A DNA stretch of 64,000 nt from a virus (lineage: Duplodnaviria; Heunggongvirae; Uroviricota; Caudoviricetes): the IMG/VR virus record IMGVR_UViG_3300045049_000270; one strand, given 5' to 3'. Below the pieces are notes generated by a model. That model saw only the letters and a list, made by a program, of their open reading frames with translations. It did not search any database and was not told where the DNA came from. Made by a program: the position numbers and the translations under genes. Positions 1-10,562 of the stretch are shown piece by piece. The number at the start of each line of letters is the position of its first letter. Within the stretch, counting starts at the first letter, position 1.

Positions 1-176
1 CCACGAAGAATAGTTGTAACAACTAGCACAAAGTTACGATATTTGAACGGCATACCTTTGACAATCACAAACGTCTCTTCAGAACCATAATTACCCATCT
101 TGACGCATTCTACTGATTCTGCCAGTTTACTCATGACCATGACGTTCTGAACATCAGTTAGGTAATCAGAGGTCAT
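1..176 (-). CDS. hypothetical protein, truncated by window edge
   Basis: ATG at 176 overlaps the end of the upstream gene; frame MTSDYLTDVQNVMVMSKLAES... stays open to position 1. Confidence 0.55.
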   Translation of the reverse strand, partial: MTSDYLTDVQNVMVMSKLAESVECVKMGNYGSEETFVIVKGMPFKYRNFVLVVTTILR

Positions 177-855
177 AGTCGTCGCTGGAATCGGTAACAT
201 TGAAATCTCCCACATATAGTGAATCGTTATCTACAAATAATTGTTTGAACATGGCTAAGTCAGGAGAATAGCCACGCTTTAGATATTTCAACAAACGACG
301 ATGCTTGAATTGGTGAATATTGGATTGTTCACCAAAACGCAATGTCTTTGTAATGTTGTCGTTATAGGCCGCTTCAGTCATCATGTATTTGCCTTCTGAA
401 TAAATCATTTGGCAAACTGTCATATCAAAATGATCTAATAGGTCTTCTGGATTCTTCCAAAAGGTTCCTGAAATCGCTTGAACTGGAATATGATCTTTTG
501 GAACAAATTCCCCATCAACTTTACCAATAATATTGGCGTTAGTGGCCTCAGATTTAGTGAATGGTGATTCATCACCAAAACCAAATTTGAATAAACGGCA
601 ATTTTTGTGGTGTGAATGAGTTTTAACTGACTGTTCGAATAATTCACAAGCTTTTAGATAATCATCATGAGTGGCGAAAAACACATCAATGTCAGATGTT
701 GTCATGGGTTCTAAATTAAATGCTTTTAGAACCGCACCACCAGCAATATAAAACTTGAGATCTTGGTGATGCCACTTAATGAATTTCTCGATTTTATGTA
801 GCAATATCTGCGTGGGGTTGATAGCTGAAGTTTGTATAATCAGTTTTGTTGTCAT
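166..855 (-). CDS. nucleotidyltransferase (CCA-adding/poly(A) polymerase head-like)
   Basis: YIAGGAV...SDIDVFF Pol-beta superfamily motif; FDMTVCQ and R..KY..RGY motifs. Confidence 0.7.
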   Translation of the reverse strand: MTTKLIIQTSAINPTQILLHKIEKFIKWHHQDLKFYIAGGAVLKAFNLEPMTTSDIDVFFATHDDYLKACELFEQSVKTHSHHKNCRLFKFGFGDESPFTKSEATNANIIGKVDGEFVPKDHIPVQAISGTFWKNPEDLLDHFDMTVCQMIYSEGKYMMTEAAYNDNITKTLRFGEQSNIHQFKHRRLLKYLKRGYSPDLAMFKQLFVDNDSLYVGDFNVTDSSDDYDL

Positions 856-915
856 AATTTTGCCTGATGTTGCCTGTATTGTAGTTCTTGTTTATTAACA
901 CGTCAAGCCAATTCG

Positions 916-923
916 TATAAATA
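916..923 (+). promoter_or_regulatory. T4-like late promoter TATAAATA
   Basis: Exact T4 late consensus directly upstream of the structural genes. Confidence 0.65.
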
Positions 924-946
924 TTCAAAAGTATTTGCGAGGACCT

Positions 947-1375
947 ATGAGCAAAAGTAGCGTTTTAATGTTGACAAACACACAAGGACAGCTGAATATT
1001 GCTGGTGCCGCCGTCAGAGCAGATGGCTGGTATGGGTTCTCTGATGGACTCCACACATTAGCCATCTACGTCGTCAATTTCACGGGCCGTCTGTGGATTG
1101 AGGCAAGTTTAGCCGATGCTCCAACAGACAATGATTGGTTTCCAGTAACGATTAGCGGTAATGATGCAACACCATATCTACAATTCCCCCTTGATCCATT
1201 ACGCCCCACTGGGTCGAATAGTATGGGTGACACGGCGACGATGGGTTTGAACATTATCGGCAATTACACATGGTTGCGTGCTCGAGTCGATCGTTCATAT
1301 ATCGCACCAATACCAACGACACAACCACAGATTTTCGCGCTTGGTTATGTGGATCATATCCTCATAAATAACTAA
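947..1375 (+). CDS. putative virion structural protein
   Basis: ATG 947 after GAGGA; downstream of late promoter; beta-rich sequence. Confidence 0.55.
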   Translation: MSKSSVLMLTNTQGQLNIAGAAVRADGWYGFSDGLHTLAIYVVNFTGRLWIEASLADAPTDNDWFPVTISGNDATPYLQFPLDPLRPTGSNSMGDTATMGLNIIGNYTWLRARVDRSYIAPIPTTQPQIFALGYVDHILINN

Positions 1376-1398
1376 GCTTTCGAATCCGGAGAAGATTT

Positions 1399-4300
1399 AT
1401 GCCAACAATAAGTTCCGGCAATATTACGCCAGGCACAGGCCAAGTTACATTTCCTAATGCCACGGACACAACAGGAATTGCATCATCTGACAATAGCAAT
1501 GAGAATCACCAAGGTAACAATATCGTTAGTATTGGTGGTATCAATTTAGGCTCAGGTGAAGGCATCTACGCAGGCACAAGTGGTAAAAACGCACTTCTGC
1601 TCGACTTTCGTACAATCATAGCCGGCGCCGGTATTGCTATCAATACCGATGCTGAAACTCTTACCATTACGTCTACTGGTACAATATCATCTAATCTCAA
1701 TGACTTGAACGGTGTCTTGAGTGTACAGAAGGGTGGCACCGGAACGCAAAATTTCCTGGCTGGTGCCCTGGTTGTTGGCAATGGTATCAGCGCTATGGGA
1801 ACTATTCCATTGCCAACATCAGCAAATCAATATTTGTCGTGGAATGGCACGGCATATACATGGAATACTATTGCTGATAGCGCAGACGGCACAGTAACTA
1901 GTGTTGCGATAGTTCCAGGATCAAGTGGATATATTTCTATATCCGGCAGCCCTATTACTTCAAGTGGCACTATTACGGTTGATTTCAATATTGGGGCATT
2001 GTCTCTGAATGGAATTAATGGTACACTCGGAGTAACTAAGGGTGGTACTGGTGTAACTACATTGCCGATGAATGGGGTGATGTATGGTAATGGTACTGGA
2101 GCTGTTCAAACGGTTGCTGCTCCGTCATCAGCTGGCCAAGTGTTGAGCTTTAATGGAACGTCATTTGCGTGGGTGACACCACAAATTGTTCCCTCAAATG
2201 TTTTGACATCAGTAGTCCTAAATGGCAATACGGTCACTGGTGTAACTGGTGGCATCGTTAGTGCAAACAGCGTCACTTACAATCTGGTTGCTCAACCAAG
2301 CGGCGTCACAGCAGGTACATATGTGAATGCCAACATTCAAGTTGACCAATATGGTCGTGTCGTATCAGCTACCAATGGGGCTGTGCAAGCCGCAATTACA
2401 GCGGCAAACGAAAATAATGGTGGTGGTGCTCGTATTTTTGATGATATTGGTTCAACCAGTACCGCATTTAATTTCCGCCGTATCCAAACAAGTACTGCGC
2501 TTTCAGCTACTGAAAATACTGGCTACGTCATGCTGGATTTGAACACCGTTCAGGTCCCTAAAGGTGGTACCGGAGCAACAACATTTACAACAAATGGTGT
2601 TCTGATTGGTAATGGTACCAATGCTATTTCAGCAATTGCTGCCCCAAGTACAGTCGGTACGGTTCTAACTTGGACCTCTAATGGTTTTGCATGGAATTCA
2701 TCTTTGCAAAAGGTGACCATAACCGGTTCAAATGGTATTAATGTAACTCAAGGGGTTGATACAAATGGTCAACCAACATTTGCTTTGGGTTATGATTCAT
2801 CTCAGACCGTAATTAATGGCTTATCTGGTACTCTGAATGTAACAAAAGGTGGTACTGGTGCCACAACATTTCCAGCTAATTCAGTATTGCTGGGAAATGG
2901 TACTGGTACTTTGGCAACAACCCCGGCTCCAACTACAGCAAATACAACACTAGTTTGGAATGGTACAGGATTTGTTTGGAATGCATTTCCAAATGGATCA
3001 ATCTCTAGTTTTACGATTGCTGGCGATAGTTCAATTCTGGTGACAAACGGCGCAGTTACATCAAGTAATTCTACCGTAACAATTGGCGTTGCAACAAGTG
3101 GTGTAACAGCTGGTACGTATTCTAATTCAACAATTACAGTTGATAAAACTGGTCGTATTACTGCTGCTGCAAATGGAGTGTTGCCAGTAACAGGTGCTTC
3201 AAACTATGTTGGTGGTGCGGCAATTTATGACAATACCGCATCAGGCAGTACTTTGAATTTCCGTCCAATTAAGGTTGGATCAGCTGCGTTGACTGTCACT
3301 CAAAATGCTCAAGATGTAACACTTGATATTGGAAATGTGCCAGTAAGTAAGGGAGGTACAGGAGCAACCACATTCACAGCAAATGGTCTTCTGGTTGGTA
3401 ACGGTGCTAATGCTATTACATCCTTGGCCGCACCAACAACTGCCGGCACTTTTTTAGGTTGGAATGGCACAACACTTGGGTATACTCCAGCTCTTACCGC
3501 AGTTACGGTAACTGGTAGTGGTGCAGCAGTTGTTAACTCAGGCACTGATGCAAATGGTCAACCCACTTACGCACTTTCTGTTGATTCAACAAAGATTCCT
3601 GCTAATAACCTGAACGGCACATTGAATGTCCCAGCAGGTGGTACTGGATTGACAACGGTTGCTGCGAATGCAATTGTAATGGGTGGAACATCAACAGCTT
3701 TGAACACAATCACTGTTCCAACTACTGCTGGCACAATGTTGACTTGGAATGGATCAGCATTTACATGGACAGCACCGCCAACACAAAATCCTGGTACGGT
3801 AACCAGCGTTGGTTTGACAAATGGTGGTGGTATCATCGTAACTGGTGGCCCAATTACATCAAATGGATCAATCACTGTTGCTGTCGATCAGCCGGCATTA
3901 GATTTGAACGCTTTCGCAGGTACTTTGACTGTAACAAAGGGTGGTACTGGTTCATCTACGTTCACTGCAAATGGATTGTTATTGGGTAATGGTACTGGGG
4001 CATTTGCACAAGTCGCTGCGCCGTCAACAGCAAATACTTATTTGTCATGGAACGGTACTGCTTACACTTGGCTAAATGATGTAACTACTAATGGTACAGT
4101 AACAAGTGTTGCGGTTTCGGCCGGTTCTAACAAGCTATCAGTAAGTGGATCTCCAATTACATCAAGTGGTACTATCACAGTAGATGTAGTTGAAGCTAAT
4201 TTACAATTGAGTAACCTCAGCGGTATATTGCCGACAACAAGTGGTGGTACTGGCCTATCAACTATTGGTACGGCTGGTCAGATCCTAGCAGTCAATAGTA

Positions 4301-6519
4301 CAGCAACTGGTTTGGTGTGGCAGAATGCTAATCAGACAGGTGGAACAGTTACTAGTGTAGCAGTAACTGGTGCGTCAGGTCGTGTTGCGGTAACTGGTTC
4401 GCCAATTACATCAAGTGGTACAATTAATGTCGACGTAGTTGAATCTGGTTTGAATCTAGCATCAATGGGAGGTACTTTGACCACTTCTCAAGGTGGTACT
4501 GGACTCACATCTATTGGTACTGCTGGACAAGTGCTAACCGTAAATTCAACTGCGACAGCATTGCAGTGGAGCACACCATTCAGTGCTGTAAATGCTGGTT
4601 CAAACAAAGTAACAGTGTCAACAGTCGGTGGTGTTGCAACAGTTGACGTTAATACAGCCAATATGGATGTATCAACAATGCTTGGTATTCTGGGAACTGC
4701 GCATGGTGGTACTGGTATTGCAACGATCGGTACCGCAGGTCAAGTTCTGGCTGTTAATAGTTCAGGTACTGGATTGACTTGGAACAATCCAGCAGTTGGT
4801 TCGGGTGGTGGTACAGTAACAAGTGTTGCCGTAGCGGCTGGTTCTACTAAGGTAACAGTTAGCGGTTCACCAATTACATCAAGTGGCACTATTACAGTAG
4901 ATGTTGATACCACAAAGATGGATATCAGTACAATGACTGGCACTTTGGGTGTAGCTAACGGTGGCACTGGTGCAACAACATTGACTGGTCTTGTTTATGG
5001 CAACGGTACGTCCGCCATGACTGCTGCTACTGGTTCACAAATTGCGACAGCTCTCGGCACAACCAACATTTCAGGCAACGCGGCAAACGTAACAGGAACA
5101 ATTGCTACTTCCAATGGCGGTACTGGATTGACCACTATTGGTACCGCAGGTCAAGTTCTGGCTGTTAATTCGGGTGCTACTGGATTAACTTGGACAACCC
5201 CAGCAACTGGTACGGTAACGAGTGTTGGCATTGTAGCCGGATCAACAAAAGTATCTGTATCCGGTGGACCAGTAACTACGACCGGTAATATTACTGTTGA
5301 TGTGAATACCGCGAATATGGATGTAAGCACCATGACTGGCACATTAGGTGTTGCTCATGGCGGTACCGGAGTTGCGACATTGACTGGCCTCGTTTATGGC
5401 AACGGTACATTGGCTATGACTGCGGCCACAGGCGCTCAAATTGCATCAGCACTTGGTACTACAAACATTTCAGGTAATGCAGCTAATGTGACTGGTACAG
5501 TTGCAACCTCAAATGGTGGTACAGGTCTTACTTCTATTGGTACTGCTGGGCAAGTATTGACGGTAAATGCAGGAGCCACAGGATTAACTTGGTCAACACC
5601 AACAACAGGTACTGTAACAAGTGTCAATTTGGCAGCTGGTTCAAATAAGGTTACCGTAAGTGGTGGTCCTATTACGTCATCAGGAAGTATTACTGTTGAC
5701 GTAAATACAGCAAACATGGACGTTAGTACCATGACTGGTACATTGGATACTGCTCATGGTGGTACTGGTTTGACTACAATTGGTACAGCGAACCAGGTCC
5801 TTGCTGTGAACAGTGGGGCTACTGGTTTGACATGGACTAATGCTGGTACTGGTACCGTAACAAGTGTTGGTCTAACTGCTGGCTCTAACAAAGTAACAGT
5901 GAGTGGTTCGCCGGTCACATCAAGTGGTTCAATCACAGTCGATGTGAATACTGCAAACATGGATGTCAGCACGATGACTGGTACATTGGCTGCAACCCAT
6001 GGTGGTACCGGTTTGGCAACAACGACAACAAATGGTGTTTTGATTGGTGCAGCATCAAATACGATCACACAGGTTGCTGCGCCAACAGCATCTGGTCAAG
6101 TATTGACTTACAACGGCACCAATGTTGATTGGGCAGCAGCAGCTGGCGGCGGTCCAGCAGGTAGTACATCACCTGGTTGGTACACATTCCAGGTGACATT
6201 GAATGCAACAGGTTCAGCAACTGCGTCAATTACCAACTTACCATCTGGTTGGAGTGCGGTAGATGGCGGTAGTGGTGTTTTAACTGTCACTCATACTGTT
6301 GGTAAATACCCAACATCACTCACTATGTTTGGTTCTGCGTCAGCAACAGCTGGTCCATTCAAGGTGCGCAATGCTGATCAATCATCCACTGGTGGTAGTT
6401 TCCAGATCCCAGATTCTGGATCATTTACACCAAGTACGACACAGTTCAACGTTACTGTAACAAGCGCTACGTCAGGTGCAGCAGCAGCTGGTATTGTTTT
6501 GATCAAGGTTACATTCTAA
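1399..6519 (+). CDS. long repetitive tail fibre/adhesin-like protein (1706 aa)
   Basis: G/T/S-rich; many GGTG and GTVTSV...GSPITSSGTITVDV repeats; two SGVTAGTY.N..I.VD..GR fibre motifs. Confidence 0.8.
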   Translation: MPTISSGNITPGTGQVTFPNATDTTGIASSDNSNENHQGNNIVSIGGINLGSGEGIYAGTSGKNALLLDFRTIIAGAGIAINTDAETLTITSTGTISSNLNDLNGVLSVQKGGTGTQNFLAGALVVGNGISAMGTIPLPTSANQYLSWNGTAYTWNTIADSADGTVTSVAIVPGSSGYISISGSPITSSGTITVDFNIGALSLNGINGTLGVTKGGTGVTTLPMNGVMYGNGTGAVQTVAAPSSAGQVLSFNGTSFAWVTPQIVPSNVLTSVVLNGNTVTGVTGGIVSANSVTYNLVAQPSGVTAGTYVNANIQVDQYGRVVSATNGAVQAAITAANENNGGGARIFDDIGSTSTAFNFRRIQTSTALSATENTGYVMLDLNTVQVPKGGTGATTFTTNGVLIGNGTNAISAIAAPSTVGTVLTWTSNGFAWNSSLQKVTITGSNGINVTQGVDTNGQPTFALGYDSSQTVINGLSGTLNVTKGGTGATTFPANSVLLGNGTGTLATTPAPTTANTTLVWNGTGFVWNAFPNGSISSFTIAGDSSILVTNGAVTSSNSTVTIGVATSGVTAGTYSNSTITVDKTGRITAAANGVLPVTGASNYVGGAAIYDNTASGSTLNFRPIKVGSAALTVTQNAQDVTLDIGNVPVSKGGTGATTFTANGLLVGNGANAITSLAAPTTAGTFLGWNGTTLGYTPALTAVTVTGSGAAVVNSGTDANGQPTYALSVDSTKIPANNLNGTLNVPAGGTGLTTVAANAIVMGGTSTALNTITVPTTAGTMLTWNGSAFTWTAPPTQNPGTVTSVGLTNGGGIIVTGGPITSNGSITVAVDQPALDLNAFAGTLTVTKGGTGSSTFTANGLLLGNGTGAFAQVAAPSTANTYLSWNGTAYTWLNDVTTNGTVTSVAVSAGSNKLSVSGSPITSSGTITVDVVEANLQLSNLSGILPTTSGGTGLSTIGTAGQILAVNSTATGLVWQNANQTGGTVTSVAVTGASGRVAVTGSPITSSGTINVDVVESGLNLASMGGTLTTSQGGTGLTSIGTAGQVLTVNSTATALQWSTPFSAVNAGSNKVTVSTVGGVATVDVNTANMDVSTMLGILGTAHGGTGIATIGTAGQVLAVNSSGTGLTWNNPAVGSGGGTVTSVAVAAGSTKVTVSGSPITSSGTITVDVDTTKMDISTMTGTLGVANGGTGATTLTGLVYGNGTSAMTAATGSQIATALGTTNISGNAANVTGTIATSNGGTGLTTIGTAGQVLAVNSGATGLTWTTPATGTVTSVGIVAGSTKVSVSGGPVTTTGNITVDVNTANMDVSTMTGTLGVAHGGTGVATLTGLVYGNGTLAMTAATGAQIASALGTTNISGNAANVTGTVATSNGGTGLTSIGTAGQVLTVNAGATGLTWSTPTTGTVTSVNLAAGSNKVTVSGGPITSSGSITVDVNTANMDVSTMTGTLDTAHGGTGLTTIGTANQVLAVNSGATGLTWTNAGTGTVTSVGLTAGSNKVTVSGSPVTSSGSITVDVNTANMDVSTMTGTLAATHGGTGLATTTTNGVLIGAASNTITQVAAPTASGQVLTYNGTNVDWAAAAGGGPAGSTSPGWYTFQVTLNATGSATASITNLPSGWSAVDGGSGVLTVTHTVGKYPTSLTMFGSASATAGPFKVRNADQSSTGGSFQIPDSGSFTPSTTQFNVTVTSATSGAAAAGIVLIKVTF

Positions 6520-8519
6520 TGGCAATTACGAATAGTAATTCATATGGATCACTAAGCAAGTATCTGCCCACTAAGGTTATTGGTGGGCAGTCTACAAAAA
6601 TCACATCCTTACAAAGTTGGTTGTATGACGATGGTACCGGTGATCCATGGTGGCAAGGAGCAGCTGGTGTTCCATTTATGTGGACATTAACTGCTAATAT
6701 TTCTCAAGTTTCGCATAGTAGCCATCTTACGCGCCAAGCATACGTTTATAATGGGTTGGATATATCACCAGGTATGTGGGTATGTTCAGCAGCTGATTCA
6801 ATTTCAGTTCAGATTATTTCTATATCAAGCCAGACTGCAAATACTATTACCTGCGTAGTTATGGATGTAGATCGGCATAATACATTCAGAGACCCGTCAG
6901 GTAATGGTAATGGTATTTTCAGTTATCCCAGCAACATTATCTTCTATGAATTGGGAGATGATGGTTTACCGAAAATTGACCCATTACCAGTTGTGGCTGA
7001 CCCAATTTTGATGAGTCAAATTGAAGCTCGTTTCCGAGTCTTCAATTCAAATACTGAATATCAATTCTATCAAATTAATCATGGCTTTGTTGAAGGTAGT
7101 GTTTTAAAACTTAATCCAACAACGAAGCAATTTGAGAATTCAACAAGTACTGATATTTTCCGTGTTGGTACGGTTACATCAGTGGGGCCAGGCCCCAATT
7201 ATTTCTACATGGCACCAACAACAAAATTCATTTCCAACCTTGAACCGGGGCTACCAGGGCAGGTGGGTAGTGTTATTTGGCTTGATCCTAGTACAGGTAG
7301 TATGACCACCGTACCAAATAGCAGCAAGGTGCCATTGTATATCCAGATGACTGCGCCGGTTTCATGCTTCACTATTGGCACAGTTGACAATCCAACTACC
7401 ATCGCCGGTAATGTTTCGACCATTAATAAAGTCACAATTACATTTTCTGGTTCTGGTACTTTGTCAACGTCTACTATTATCAACGCCATTAATGCTCTTA
7501 CTCCTCAACATGGCGTGACAGCTACTATGGGTTCGCCAGTAACTACGGTTACAGGATCTATTGCTGGACCAAATACTAGTGTAAATCCAAATATGGTCTT
7601 CACCGTAAATGGTATTACAACCACGGTAACAACACCAAGTATCGTTTATGGGAACACAAATAAAATTGGGTGGTGGGATTTTATTAAGGCAATTAACGAA
7701 CAAACAAGTCTTCACGGTGTTTTTGCTTCCCTGGATCCAAATACGAGTAAACTTGTTTTCACGAACGCATCAGGCGGCAATATCAATTTTACAAATGTGA
7801 CACCTGCTACAACATCAGGAAGTTATGCGACATTTACTGATGCTGTTGGCATTCCACTGACAAATGCTTCAGCAGCAGCTACTAAATTGAAGCTAGTTAG
7901 GTCCGACGGTGGACAAATTATTGTTTCTGATGTTACTGGCACGTTCTTTGAATCAGCTGGAATTCAAAGTGCGGCTAATGGAATATTACCATTAGCTTTA
8001 GTGGTAGATCAGGCGATGTATGCTAATAGCAGCTATATGGTTAATACGGTTGCCGATCGTGATGCTCTAACAAATCTGCGTTCCGGTGATCAAGTATATG
8101 TCCAAGCCGATATTGATGGTGAATGGGCATTATATATTAAGATTGATACTGGTTGGACGAAGATTGCAACAGCGGATTCAGCAAGCACTGATGCAAAAAC
8201 ACTCCAGGTTGATATTCAAGCAACATCGACATCACCAATTCTACTTGGAAATATTGGATCAGGTACTCGAATTGTCGATGTTTCAATTACAGTAAACACT
8301 CCATTCGCCGGATCCGCGCCCGCTATCAATATTGGTACATCAACTATTCAAAATGCAGTTTTTGATTCATCAGATGCCGATTTGACTGTTTCTGGCACAT
8401 ATGAAACTCCATCTTCGTTTGTGGCCTCAACGAGTGATGGTACTGATGTCGCTATCTATGCATATTTGACTGGTGTGGTGTCTACTGGTGACGCCACAGT
8501 GATTATTTCATATCTGTAA
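6519..8519 (+). CDS. virion structural protein
   Basis: TAATG-coupled to the fibre gene; C-terminal beta domain shared with the next two genes. Confidence 0.65.
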   Translation: MAITNSNSYGSLSKYLPTKVIGGQSTKITSLQSWLYDDGTGDPWWQGAAGVPFMWTLTANISQVSHSSHLTRQAYVYNGLDISPGMWVCSAADSISVQIISISSQTANTITCVVMDVDRHNTFRDPSGNGNGIFSYPSNIIFYELGDDGLPKIDPLPVVADPILMSQIEARFRVFNSNTEYQFYQINHGFVEGSVLKLNPTTKQFENSTSTDIFRVGTVTSVGPGPNYFYMAPTTKFISNLEPGLPGQVGSVIWLDPSTGSMTTVPNSSKVPLYIQMTAPVSCFTIGTVDNPTTIAGNVSTINKVTITFSGSGTLSTSTIINAINALTPQHGVTATMGSPVTTVTGSIAGPNTSVNPNMVFTVNGITTTVTTPSIVYGNTNKIGWWDFIKAINEQTSLHGVFASLDPNTSKLVFTNASGGNINFTNVTPATTSGSYATFTDAVGIPLTNASAAATKLKLVRSDGGQIIVSDVTGTFFESAGIQSAANGILPLALVVDQAMYANSSYMVNTVADRDALTNLRSGDQVYVQADIDGEWALYIKIDTGWTKIATADSASTDAKTLQVDIQATSTSPILLGNIGSGTRIVDVSITVNTPFAGSAPAINIGTSTIQNAVFDSSDADLTVSGTYETPSSFVASTSDGTDVAIYAYLTGVVSTGDATVIISYL

Positions 8520-8547
8520 ACTAGCTGTTAAACCTGAACACTTTCCT

Positions 8548-8555
8548 TATAAATA
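8548..8555 (+). promoter_or_regulatory. late promoter TATAAATA
   Basis: Exact consensus upstream of ORF 8628. Confidence 0.65.
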
Positions 8556-8627
8556 ATCAAGAATCCGGAGCAGAGTTGCCGCTTTGAAACCCGGATTTAG
8601 AGAAATAACTTCCTAGGAGTTTGAATA

Positions 8628-10427
8628 ATGGCAAACATTAAGAATTTTGGTTTGATTGGCGTAGGTTCCCAGGTACAATTTGGTAAATCTGGTCCACAAC
8701 TGATCAACAATTCAGGTGTATTCGCATTCCGTAATGCTGCCGCAAATGCAGACGCAGACATTACAGCGGGTAACTTGACACTGTCAGGTAACTTGCAAGT
8801 TAACGGTACAACAACAACTGTTAACTCAACAAGCATTACGACAGCTGACAAGACATTTATTTTGTCAAATGGTGCTTCAACAGATACAGCAGCTAACGGT
8901 TCAGGTTTTGAAGTTCAGGGTGCAACATTGCACTCTTTCTTATATGACCAACCAAATGGTGCATTCACAAGCTCAGACAATCTGAACGTTGTTACCGGCA
9001 AGCAATATGAAATCGCTGGTACTGCTGTTCTGAGCGCAACAACACTGGGTTCAGGCGTTGTTAATTCATCATTGACTAGCGTTGGTACACTGACATCTCT
9101 GCACGTTTCAGGTACATCAGCACTGGACGGCGCTGTTACCGCAGGCTCAACATTGGCAGTAACAGGTAATACAACTGTTGGTGGCACATTCGGCGTTACA
9201 GGTGCAACAACATTGGCTGGCTTGACAGCTGGCGCAACAACATTGGGCGCTACTGGTGTAACAGGTGGTTTGACAGTTGACACGATTACTGCATCAGGTG
9301 CGGTTTCAACAGGTGCTTTGACCGCAACTTCTGTTAAGGCAACAAACCTGGCTGGTACCGGTGTTCGTTCAATCACAGTTGATGCTAATGGTAACATCGT
9401 TGCTGGTGGCACAGCTACTGTTGTAAATGCAACAACAGCAAATTTGGGTGATTTGACAATCAGTGGTGACACAATCTCCACAAACACAACAAATGCTAAC
9501 TTGGTTTTGTCACCAAATGGTACTGGTATTGTTACTACTCCAGCATTGACAGCAACAAACGCTGTTACAGCTGGTTCATTCAGCACAACAGGCACATTGG
9601 CTGCTGGTAACACAACAATCACAGGTACATTGAGCACATCAGGCACAGCAACACTGAATGCTGCGACAATTACAAACAACGCAACCGTTGGTGGTACATT
9701 TGGTGTTACTGGTGCAACAACATTGCATGGTTTGACAGCTGGTGCTACTACAATCAGTGGTGGTTTGAGTGTTGATACTGTTACAGCAACAGGTAACGGC
9801 TCATTCGGTGGCACACTGACAGTTACAGGTGCGGCAACAACTGGCGCATTGACTGCATCAGCAGCAACAGTTTCAAACTTGACATCAGGCCAGGTTGTAT
9901 TTGCTGGCACCGCAGGTTTGTTGACGGACAGCTCAGCTCTGACATTTAACTCAGGTACAGGTGTTCTGACTGCTACTGGTTTTGCAACATCAGGTTTGAC
10001 AATTAGTGCAACAAGCATTACAGGTTTGGCAACACCAGTTAACGCGGCTGATGCTGTTAACAAGTCATATGTCGATTCACAAGTTACATCTGGTGTTACA
10101 AATGCTGGGCGCGCTGCATATGTTTCATATGCATACACAGATACAACAAAGAACATTGCTACATCGATTACTGGCTTTGTTCATCGTGTAAAAGTTTATG
10201 TAAACACAACATTCACAGATGCAACATCAACAATTCAAGTTGGTACACGCGTAAGTGGTACATTGACAGCTAACTCACTAGTTGCTTCAACAGACAGCGA
10301 TACTCAAACAGCAGCATGTTATGAAATCGAATTGTCTCAACCAGTTTCAGCAGCTGACTTGGTTATCACGGTTACAGCTGGTACATCAACAGCCGGTGCT
10401 GGCTACGTTGTAGTTGAGTGGATCTAA
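8628..10427 (+). CDS. virion fibre/structural protein (Thr/Gly/Ala-rich)
   Basis: AGGAG RBS; beta-helix-like T/G repeats; DAVNKSYVD stalk motif; paralogue of 10563..11759. Confidence 0.7.
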   Translation: MANIKNFGLIGVGSQVQFGKSGPQLINNSGVFAFRNAAANADADITAGNLTLSGNLQVNGTTTTVNSTSITTADKTFILSNGASTDTAANGSGFEVQGATLHSFLYDQPNGAFTSSDNLNVVTGKQYEIAGTAVLSATTLGSGVVNSSLTSVGTLTSLHVSGTSALDGAVTAGSTLAVTGNTTVGGTFGVTGATTLAGLTAGATTLGATGVTGGLTVDTITASGAVSTGALTATSVKATNLAGTGVRSITVDANGNIVAGGTATVVNATTANLGDLTISGDTISTNTTNANLVLSPNGTGIVTTPALTATNAVTAGSFSTTGTLAAGNTTITGTLSTSGTATLNAATITNNATVGGTFGVTGATTLHGLTAGATTISGGLSVDTVTATGNGSFGGTLTVTGAATTGALTASAATVSNLTSGQVVFAGTAGLLTDSSALTFNSGTGVLTATGFATSGLTISATSITGLATPVNAADAVNKSYVDSQVTSGVTNAGRAAYVSYAYTDTTKNIATSITGFVHRVKVYVNTTFTDATSTIQVGTRVSGTLTANSLVASTDSDTQTAACYEIELSQPVSAADLVITVTAGTSTAGAGYVVVEWI

Positions 10428-10444
10428 TTGATCTTTGGTAAATG

Positions 10445-10473
10445 AAAAGGGCGGGGAAGTACCCCGCCCTTTT
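10445..10473 (+). terminator. rho-independent terminator
   Basis: AAAAGGGCGGGG-aagta-CCCCGCCCTTTT. Confidence 0.8.
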
Positions 10474-10512
10474 CATACGGTAGTTCGTGAATTGTAAATT
10501 TCGCGAACTACT

Positions 10513-10520
10513 CATAAATA
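10513..10520 (+). promoter_or_regulatory. late promoter CATAAATA
   Basis: TAAATA core upstream of ORF 10563. Confidence 0.55.
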
Positions 10521-10562
10521 CCGTATCTGCTCTTTAACAGGAGTGGTTTAGGAGAAAAACAC

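Noticed and set aside
1399-6519. Possible CRISPR array or DGR template/variable repeats among the DNA repeats
   Set aside because: Repeats are in-frame protein repeats with mostly synonymous changes; no constant repeat-spacer period, no adenine-specific pattern noticed and no reverse transcriptase in the window.
8915-10156. 413-aa antisense ORF and other minus-strand ORFs within the fibre genes
   Set aside because: Shadows of Thr/Gly/Ala/Val-rich codon usage on the plus strand; no RBS or recognisable motifs.
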